Assembly (NCBI GenBank): GCA_040755455.1
Contig: JBFMAY010000038.1
Location: forward strand, 1 to 42,327
Length of the DNA stretch: 42,327 nucleotides
DNA from: Thermodesulfobacteriota bacterium
GTDB lineage: Bacteria; Desulfobacterota; Desulfobulbia; Desulfobulbales; SURF-16
Reading direction: 5' to 3'
A program made the translations under genes and the position numbers. Below the pieces are notes generated by a model. That model did no database searches. It worked only from the letters and a program-made list of their open reading frames with translations, and was not told the DNA's origin. Below, piece after piece: positions 1-6,776 of this stretch. Position 1 is the first letter of the stretch. Each line of letters opens with the position of its first letter.

Positions 1-2
1 TG

Positions 3-506
3 ATACATGACATCGGCAAATTACAGAGCGAAGAGATACAGGCGGTCCTGGTCTTTGGCGAGAATCTGAAAAAGGCGGATTTTACGCAACGGCAGTATCG
101 ATTCTGGGACAGGCATGAGATCATTTCGCTGAAGATGCTGACGAGTACGCACGAGGACTGGGTGTGGCTGAATATTCCTCTGAGGAGTCATATCTTTATG
201 CTGGGCGTGGAGAGATTCAGGGCTATCATGCCGGAGATAAGCCAATATTGCGAGTACTCGGAAGAAGAGCTGAAGATAATGGCTGCCTCTTTTCGCATAT
301 GCGACAGCTTTGCCAGTTGCACGGAGAAGGTGCATCCAAGCGATAATAAAATACAAAGTACGGAAGATATCCCGGCGTGGGTCAGGGATGCCAGGACCAG
401 GCCGGGGCAGTGGGCGGAAGGAATGGATGAGGAATTTATTATACGGTTTTTTCAGAAGGAGTTTGCCGGCAAATCGGCTGGGAGGCGCGAATCGGCAAAT
501 CGGTGA
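3..506 (+). CDS. HD-domain phosphohydrolase-like protein, C-terminal part (5' end outside the window)
   Basis: The frame of ORF 135..506 is open back to position 3 and reads IHDIGKLQSEE... (HDIGK motif). A distal Asp occurs in ICDSFAS. Confidence 0.6.
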   Translation: MHDIGKLQSEEIQAVLVFGENLKKADFTQRQYRFWDRHEIISLKMLTSTHEDWVWLNIPLRSHIFMLGVERFRAIMPEISQYCEYSEEELKIMAASFRICDSFASCTEKVHPSDNKIQSTEDIPAWVRDARTRPGQWAEGMDEEFIIRFFQKEFAGKSAGRRESANR

Positions 507-918
507 CAGGTGATAAGAAATCGCTTTTTCAGGGGTGGGCCGGGAAGGATGATCGGCTCACCCCTCTGCCGCTCAAAAAACGCGCCCAAAACTCATCGGT
601 TGTAATTTTCGATATTGCAAACTCGATCTAACGGACATAATTAGCCACAGGGGACTTCATTCAGAAAAGAAACACCTCAATACAATAATTATTATCCAGC
701 TTGAGTGGCTGGTTAATGCAGCGGCGCGAGCGAAGGTATCCTTGTGATAGCCTGCTTACCATTTATTGCCTTTTATGTTAATTGCAGCTACTTCGATAGG
801 TATTTCCTGCTTGATCTCCAGGACATATCCTATAATATTAAGCTCAGCATTTCAGATCTGAACTCTTGAGGAACGCAACATTTAAAGGTAATACCGCGAT
901 ATCGTGAGGAACAAAGTT

Positions 919-1749
919 ATGAAAACAAAATTATCCGCAATTTTTGCTGTGGCCGTGCTGAGCCTGGTGTTCTGCTCAAGTCCTTATGCCGCGGCACTGG
1001 ACGCTTTCAAGGGGGAGAAGGGCGAAATCAAGATTGCTGGAGGCACCGCCCATATCCCGGTGATGAAAGAGGCCGCTGCTCGCATCATGGGTTTGAACCC
1101 GGATATCCAGATTAGTATCGCCGGTGGAGGCTCCGGCGTCGGCATCAAGCAGGTGGGGGAAGGGCTGGTGGATATCGGCAACACAGGACGCAATCCCAGT
1201 GACGACGAGATCAAGCAATATGGTCTGCAGATGTTCAAATGGGCCATTGACGGGGTTGGCCTTGTGGTCAATCCGGCAAACAGTGTCCGTTCTCTTAGCC
1301 AGGAGCAGGTGGAGGCGATCTTTGCAGGTAAGATTGCCAACTGGAAAGAGGTCGGCGGAGAGGACAAGCGGATCAACCTTTATACTCGGGACGAAGCGAG
1401 CGGCACCCGTGAGGTTTTTTGGGAAAAAGCCCTGAAAAAGGGTGATATTGCCGCCACTGCCAACTTTATTGTTTCAAACGGCGCAATGAAAGGAGCGATT
1501 TCCCAGGATCCATATGGCATCGGCTATGTTTCGGTGGGACACATCGACAACTCGGTGGCTCCGGTGACATTCAACGGAATCGAGCCATCCCTGCAGAACG
1601 TCAAGGAGGGGAAATATCCCATTGCCCGCGGTTTATTCAGCAATACCAAGGGAGAACCCGCCGGTCTGTCGAAAAAATTCATAGACTACCTCTTTACGGA
1701 CGAAGGACAGCAGCTTGTCGCGGAGAAGGGCTTTGTTACGGTAAAATGA
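919..1749 (+). CDS. pstS: PstS-family phosphate/oxyanion ABC transporter substrate-binding protein
   Basis: Signal peptide; GGGSGVG and RDEASGTREVF PBP2 motifs. ATG 919 follows GAGGA (906-910). First gene of a pstSCAB-type operon. Confidence 0.85.
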   Translation: MKTKLSAIFAVAVLSLVFCSSPYAAALDAFKGEKGEIKIAGGTAHIPVMKEAAARIMGLNPDIQISIAGGGSGVGIKQVGEGLVDIGNTGRNPSDDEIKQYGLQMFKWAIDGVGLVVNPANSVRSLSQEQVEAIFAGKIANWKEVGGEDKRINLYTRDEASGTREVFWEKALKKGDIAATANFIVSNGAMKGAISQDPYGIGYVSVGHIDNSVAPVTFNGIEPSLQNVKEGKYPIARGLFSNTKGEPAGLSKKFIDYLFTDEGQQLVAEKGFVTVK

Positions 1750-2609
1750 ATCGAACGAACGAAAAAGCCGTTGAGACTCTCTTTTTTCTTTCGGCATTTT
1801 TCAGTGCTCTCCTGACAATCGCCATTTTCGGTTTCATGCTGGCTCTTGGCCTTCCGCTCTTTGCGGAAGGTCGTTTTTTTGCCATCATAACCGAGCCTTG
1901 GGCGCCTCATCTCGGCCATTTTGGCATCTCTCCCATGATCGTGGGAACCTTAGCCATTTCCTCACTCAGTATGCTCTTTGCCTTTCCGCTCTGTCTTGGC
2001 TTTGCGATACTGATAAGCGTGGTGAGCCGCGGCAAGATACGCTGGCTGCTGCGCAAGACAGTGGAGATGATGACCGGCATCCCCACTGTCATTTACGGCT
2101 TTGTCGGTATTTTTCTGCTGGTCCGTCTGGTGCGGGAATTCTTTGACGCCGGTTCCGGCATGTGCGTGCTTTCCGCATCGCTGATGCTGAGCCTGATGGT
2201 TTCTCCCACCATGATCCTGTTCTTCTGCGATAGTTTTGAGCGGGTTCCAAGCTCCTACGGAAAGGCGGTGTTGGCGATGGGCGGCACCGAGATCCAGAGA
2301 TTCCTGTATGTCACCCTGCCCAATTCCTGGCCGGGAATTGTCATCGGTTTTACCCTGTCACTCGGCCGGGCGATGGGTGATACGCTTATTGCCCTAATGA
2401 TAGCGGGGAACGCCGTCCAGACACCGGGTTCGCTGGTGGATTCCGCCAGGACGCTGACTTCGCATATCGCCCTGGTTTTTGCGGCGGATTATGAAAGTTT
2501 GGAATTTAAGGCGATTTTTGCCTGCGGTATTTTTCTCTATCTCTTCACCACCCTATTGGTTATAACTGCCCGGCTGCTGGGCCACAGAGGAGAGAGGTGG
2601 GCAAGGTGA
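1746..2609 (+). CDS. pstC: Phosphate ABC transporter permease PstC
   Basis: Multi-TM protein with GIPTVIYG and GRAMGDT motifs; ATGA overlap with pstS. Confidence 0.85.
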   Translation: MNRTNEKAVETLFFLSAFFSALLTIAIFGFMLALGLPLFAEGRFFAIITEPWAPHLGHFGISPMIVGTLAISSLSMLFAFPLCLGFAILISVVSRGKIRWLLRKTVEMMTGIPTVIYGFVGIFLLVRLVREFFDAGSGMCVLSASLMLSLMVSPTMILFFCDSFERVPSSYGKAVLAMGGTEIQRFLYVTLPNSWPGIVIGFTLSLGRAMGDTLIALMIAGNAVQTPGSLVDSARTLTSHIALVFAADYESLEFKAIFACGIFLYLFTTLLVITARLLGHRGERWAR

Positions 2610-3487
2610 AACGCTTTTTGGAACTGGCTGTGCCGATTTTTTCCTGGCTCTGTGGCATCATTCTCCTCGGGGCCGTACTCTCAGTGGTCGGTTATCTGTT
2701 TGTACATGGCTGGAAAAGCCTCAGCCTATCCCTCATCTTCGGCACCACACCTCCGCTTGACGCCCTGCTCATGAAGCGTCATGTGTTCAACGGGCTGTTC
2801 CCCGCCGTGATTGGCACCTTTTCCCTGGTTGTGCTTGCCGTCTGCCTGGCGGTTCCCGTCGGAATGGCATCGGGCATCTACCTGGCGGAGTATGCAGGAG
2901 CCGGGACAAAGGCGATTCTGAATCTTTTTTTTGATATCATGGCCGGTCTGCCTTCCATCGTGATCGGCCTTTTCGGTTTTTCCGCAGCCGTTTTCCTCAA
3001 CCGGCATTTTTCCGGGAACATTCATCCCTGCCTGCTGATCTCAAGCATCGCCTTGGCCTTTCTGGTACTACCCTATATTATCCGCACCACCCAAATGGCC
3101 CTGGAAGGGCTGCCGCTTTCAGCCCGGATGACGGGGCTTTCTCTCGGAGCAAGCAGGCTGCAGAATATTGTCCATGTCCTGCTGCCGCAATCCTTGGCAG
3201 GGGTCGTTAGCGGGGTAATTCTGGCCATCGGGCGTTGCGCGGAGGATACAGCGGTTATTATGCTCACCGGAGTTGTCGCCTCAACCGGAATTCCCCGCTC
3301 TCTTCTTTCGCACTATGAGGCCTTGCCGTTTTATATCTATTATATATCTTCCCAGTATACCGACAGCGAGGAGCTGGCGACCGGCTATGGGGCAGCGATT
3401 ATTCTGCTTTTCATCTGCCTGATTCTCTTCCTGCTGGCATTTGTCATTAAAAAACGGGTTTCCTATCTTGCATTGTACAGGGCGTAG
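2597..3487 (+). CDS. pstA: Phosphate ABC transporter permease PstA
   Basis: GIYLAEY, GLPSIVIGLFG and AIGRCAEDTA motifs; multi-TM. Confidence 0.85.
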   Translation: MGKVKRFLELAVPIFSWLCGIILLGAVLSVVGYLFVHGWKSLSLSLIFGTTPPLDALLMKRHVFNGLFPAVIGTFSLVVLAVCLAVPVGMASGIYLAEYAGAGTKAILNLFFDIMAGLPSIVIGLFGFSAAVFLNRHFSGNIHPCLLISSIALAFLVLPYIIRTTQMALEGLPLSARMTGLSLGASRLQNIVHVLLPQSLAGVVSGVILAIGRCAEDTAVIMLTGVVASTGIPRSLLSHYEALPFYIYYISSQYTDSEELATGYGAAIILLFICLILFLLAFVIKKRVSYLALYRA

Positions 3488-3495
3488 CCACATCG

Positions 3496-4212
3496 ATGGA
3501 AAAAACGATTAAAATCAGAACGGAAAATCTTGCCTTTTCCTATAATGGCAGGACGATTCTGCGCAATACCTCGATTGCCTTTGCGGAAAATGAAATTTCC
3601 GCCATCGTCGGACCATCCGGATCAGGAAAATCGACCTTTTTGATGACCCTGAACCGACTCTGGGAAACAATTCCCCACTGCACCCTGCAGGGAGTTGTTG
3701 AAATGCAATGCAACGGCCGGTTTCATGATATTTACCAGAAGCACTACCCGGTTACCCAGTTGCGCCGACAAGTCGGCATGGTATTTCAGATACCCAATCC
3801 GCTGCCCATGAGCATCTACAAAAATGTCGCCTTTCCCCTGCAGCTGAAGGGTGGCGTAACGAAAGAAACAGTCCGAGGCCGGGTTATGGAATGTCTGCAG
3901 AAAGTCCGGCTCTGGGATGAGGTGCATGACCGGCTTGATTCTCCAGCCCTTGATCTGTCGGGAGGACAGCAGCAACGACTGTGCATTGCAAGAGCCTTGA
4001 TTTTGCAGCCCAAGGTGCTCCTCCTCGATGAACCGACCTCGGCTTTGGATCATACAACCGCCAAGGCAATCGAACAGCTGCTGCTGGAGTTGAAGCAGAG
4101 CTGTACCATTCTCCTGGTATCCCATTATCTTGACCAGGTTACCCGAATTGCCGACACCATTATTGAACTGCAAAACGGCAGCCTGATCAGGGCGGGGGCA
4201 GATCATGATTGA
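3496..4212 (+). CDS. pstB: Phosphate ABC transporter ATP-binding protein PstB
   Basis: Walker A GPSGSGKS, signature LSGGQQQRLCIARAL, Walker B LLLDEPTSALD, and PstB-like VGMVFQIPNPLPMSIY. Confidence 0.9.
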   Translation: MEKTIKIRTENLAFSYNGRTILRNTSIAFAENEISAIVGPSGSGKSTFLMTLNRLWETIPHCTLQGVVEMQCNGRFHDIYQKHYPVTQLRRQVGMVFQIPNPLPMSIYKNVAFPLQLKGGVTKETVRGRVMECLQKVRLWDEVHDRLDSPALDLSGGQQQRLCIARALILQPKVLLLDEPTSALDHTTAKAIEQLLLELKQSCTILLVSHYLDQVTRIADTIIELQNGSLIRAGADHD

Positions 4213-4675
4213 GATCAACATCCCCAATTTTGGCCATCTGCGCCTTGCCCACCTTGTTCTTGATTATAACGGTACCCTGGCATTCGACGGTAGGCTGCTC
4301 AGCGGAGTTGCCGATCTGCTCGGGCTCCTGGCCGAACATCTCCGGATTCACATTATTACCGCCGATACCTTCGGCAGTGTTCACCAGGCCTTTGCCGGCT
4401 CGACTTTCACGGTCCATGTCCTGCCTCCAGGCAGTGAGGAGGAAGGCAAAGCCGAGTATGTGCGGCGGCTGGGGAGCATGTCGTCGGTCTGTATCGGCAA
4501 TGGCCGCAACGACCGACTCATGCTCAAAGAGGCGGGGTTGGGAATCGCTGTTCTCCAACGGGAGGGCACGGCAATGCAGGCGCTTCTTGCTGCGGATATC
4601 ATCATTCCGAATATTGTCAATGCCTTGGATCTTCTACTGCATCCAAGGCGTATTACCGCCACCCTGCGCTGTTGA
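4205..4675 (+). CDS. HAD-superfamily hydrolase (soluble P-type ATPase-like)
   Basis: Motif I DYNGT, motif II TADTFG, motif IV GNGRND; overlaps the pstB stop. Confidence 0.8.
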   Translation: MIEINIPNFGHLRLAHLVLDYNGTLAFDGRLLSGVADLLGLLAEHLRIHIITADTFGSVHQAFAGSTFTVHVLPPGSEEEGKAEYVRRLGSMSSVCIGNGRNDRLMLKEAGLGIAVLQREGTAMQALLAADIIIPNIVNALDLLLHPRRITATLRC

Positions 4676-4938
4676 AATTTGGGGAGCTGTTTCCAATTTC
4701 CCCCTAATCAAAGCTTTTTCCTATCATGTCGAAAGCACAGCGAACAATAAAATTGTCGTAGTTCAGATTACTTCACCTGTTTTCAATTGTGCTAAGAAAG
4801 TATAGTGTAAACTGCAGCGAGGTGAAGGTAATTTAAAAGATTTCCTGAGCGCCTCAATGCCTAAATGCTGGCAAACCGAACAATTTGCTTTAAGTCCTTT
4901 TAGGCAGAAAAGTCCCTGCAATAAAAAAATGCATTCAT

Positions 4939-4977
4939 AAAAGCCAGGGCCTTCGGCTATCACCTACCAGCCCTGGC
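4939..4977 (-). terminator. Probable intrinsic terminator downstream of the DGR TR/spacer
   Basis: Stem GCCAGGGC (4943-4950) / GCCCTGGC (4970-4977), followed on the minus strand by TTTT. Confidence 0.45.
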
Positions 4978-5114
4978 CTCAGCCTTCCTGGCCAAACTAT
5001 TTGGCGCTCGCCTCCGTGCGAGGCCGGGAACCAGGCTCATGGACACCCGCACACCACTCCCGGCCTGTCCGTAAACGAGCCGGCTCCGGGCATGGCCTTA
5101 GCCGTGCGGGTGGA

Positions 5115-5236
5115 CTGGACGAGGCGGAATCCCAGGTTGTTGTTCCGGTTGTCTGTGGTGTTCCTGTTGCGGACAGCCGATCGAACGTTCCTCGGTTTGT
5201 TGTTCCAGGAACCGCCGCGCACAACGCGCCGGCCGC
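5115..5236 (-). repeat. DGR template repeat (TR), 122 nt
   Basis: Ungapped match to 6789-6910 with 13 mismatches, all at TR adenines on the minus strand. In the VR frame it reads GRRVVRGGSWNNKPRNVRSAVRNRNTTDNRNNNLGFRLVQ, with 9 AAC codons. It starts immediately after the RT stop codon. Confidence 0.97.
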
Positions 5237-6307
5237 CTAATGGCCCGACCCCCTTCTTCGGAAAACAGTTTCGGCAAATATTTTTTTTCGCAACCCTTCG
5301 GTGTCTGCCTGTCGGGCATGGCCAATCCAGCTTTGTACTGATGGGTTAAAATCCTGAAAACTCAACCTCCCTTCACCATAGGCAGCAGCAAAACCTCGGA
5401 GTCTTCTCGCAAAACGGTGGCCGTTGTCGTTCCGGAGCTTACGATGCCGCGGGAAGACAAAATAGCCAAGCAGGTTGAGGCCATGCCGCACGGGTGACAC
5501 ATGGGCTTTGCAAGGATGAAGTAATAATCTGTCCTCCAGCAGTTTCTCACGGACAGCCGCGCGCAAATCAGCAAGACGATACTTGTCATCGTCAAGCAGA
5601 ACCATATCGTCAACATAACGCAGGTAAGCTTTGACCCCTAAGTTTTCCTTGATGTAATGGTCCAGTCCGTCGAGATAAAGGTTGGCGAAAAATTGGCTTG
5701 TCAGGTTGCCGATGGGGATGCCGGTGCGCCGCTGAAGAGGGGTAAACAGATCGTCTCCAGGGAAATACTTCACAAGGGCGCTACTGGCCGGGCTGGTGTC
5801 GATGATACGATCGAGCAATTGCAGGACATTACGGTCCTTGATCCTTCTGCGCAGCTTTTCTTTGAGGAGATGATGATCCACCGAGGGGAAATACTGCTGC
5901 ACATCCATCTTAAGGGCGTAAGCGTATCGCCGCGACCAGCCCTGGTACCGGTCCACCGCCGCATGAACGCCTTTTCCCTGGCGGCAGGCATAGGAATCGG
6001 CAATGAAGGTTCGGTCGATGGCCGGCTCCACGATGTTCATGACCGCATGGTGGACCACTCTGTCACGAAAAGGGGCGGCGGCTATGAGACGGGGCTTCCG
6101 TTCGTAGATGGTGAAAAGGCGGTAGGCGCCCGGCTGGTATCGCCCGCTGCGCAGCTCTTCCTGCAGGCGGAGAAGTTCGTGTTCGAGGTTCAGGCCGAAG
6201 AGGGCCACTTCCGTCCTGCTGCCCTTACCCCTGCGTGCCTTGCGGAAGGCGCGCAGGAGGTTGTCGAAATGCACCATATCGTCCCAGATGTTACCGAGTC
6301 TTTTCAT
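5237..6307 (-). CDS. DGR reverse transcriptase (356 aa)
   Basis: APFRDRVVH, GIPIGNLTSQFFANLYL (DGR-type SQ motif) and catalytic YLRYVDD. Start MKRLGNIW at 6307 overlaps the avd 3' end. Confidence 0.95.
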   Translation of the reverse strand: MKRLGNIWDDMVHFDNLLRAFRKARRGKGSRTEVALFGLNLEHELLRLQEELRSGRYQPGAYRLFTIYERKPRLIAAAPFRDRVVHHAVMNIVEPAIDRTFIADSYACRQGKGVHAAVDRYQGWSRRYAYALKMDVQQYFPSVDHHLLKEKLRRRIKDRNVLQLLDRIIDTSPASSALVKYFPGDDLFTPLQRRTGIPIGNLTSQFFANLYLDGLDHYIKENLGVKAYLRYVDDMVLLDDDKYRLADLRAAVREKLLEDRLLLHPCKAHVSPVRHGLNLLGYFVFPRHRKLRNDNGHRFARRLRGFAAAYGEGRLSFQDFNPSVQSWIGHARQADTEGLRKKIFAETVFRRRGSGH

Positions 6308-6677
6308 CGTCGGTCGCTCCCTGCCGGGCTGGTTTTCCGGTGCTCCGTAACCAGCCGCCCACCTGCCGGCCCAGGTCGTCAAAGAGGCGCGCGCCATGCT
6401 CGTAACTGCGGGGCGAGGCTGCCTTGAGTTCATGGGCCAGGCGCCAAAGGTGCCGCACTGTCTCAAGCCGCAGGTTGGCGCGGGCCAGTGCCTCCTGCTT
6501 GGCGCCGCTTCTGCTGTAGGCTGCGGCGACAAGGTCTTCCAGAACTTCCAGCAAACCGGTTTCCAGCCGCTCGCCCAGGGTGTAGCGGCGCACCCGCGGA
6601 AATTTGTCGAGCTGCGGGATCATCCACTGCAGGAGTTCGTGGCAGGCCTGTACCGCTTGGGGCGTGGTATTCTTCAT
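6291..6677 (-). CDS. avd: DGR accessory variability determinant Avd (128 aa)
   Basis: Basic helical protein with KFPRVRRYTLGERL and LGRQVGGW motifs typical of the Avd four-helix family; directly upstream of the RT. Confidence 0.92.
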   Translation of the reverse strand: MKNTTPQAVQACHELLQWMIPQLDKFPRVRRYTLGERLETGLLEVLEDLVAAAYSRSGAKQEALARANLRLETVRHLWRLAHELKAASPRSYEHGARLFDDLGRQVGGWLRSTGKPARQGATDDEKTR

Positions 6678-6694
6678 CTTAAAAAAAATCGCGG

Positions 6695-6713
6695 CCAGGG
6701 GCTGCGCCCCTGG
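6695..6713 (-). other. GC-rich hairpin/cruciform downstream of VR (candidate DGR homing element)
   Basis: Perfect 8-bp stem CCAGGGGC-GCA-GCCCCTGG (minus strand), about 64 nt after the target stop codon. Confidence 0.75.
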
Positions 6714-6776
6714 ACCCCGCAACAACACAAAGACAACGGCAAAAAAACAAAGGGTAAAAGGCCAAAGCGCACAGGG

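Noticed and set aside
5037..5222. 61-aa ORF MRGGSWNNKPRN... resembling an FGE-domain fragment
   Set aside because: It is the TR read in the VR frame, with no RBS; best explained as non-coding template RNA rather than a gene or second target.
5237..6307. RT as a group II intron, retron or CRISPR-associated RT
   Set aside because: It is short, has no maturase/endonuclease or Cas1 domain, has the SQ motif, and is flanked by avd and a TR/VR pair.
6308..6532. 75-aa N-terminal extension of the RT in the ORF track
   Set aside because: It lies wholly within avd in another frame. DGR RTs typically begin MKR..., which matches the ATG at 6307.
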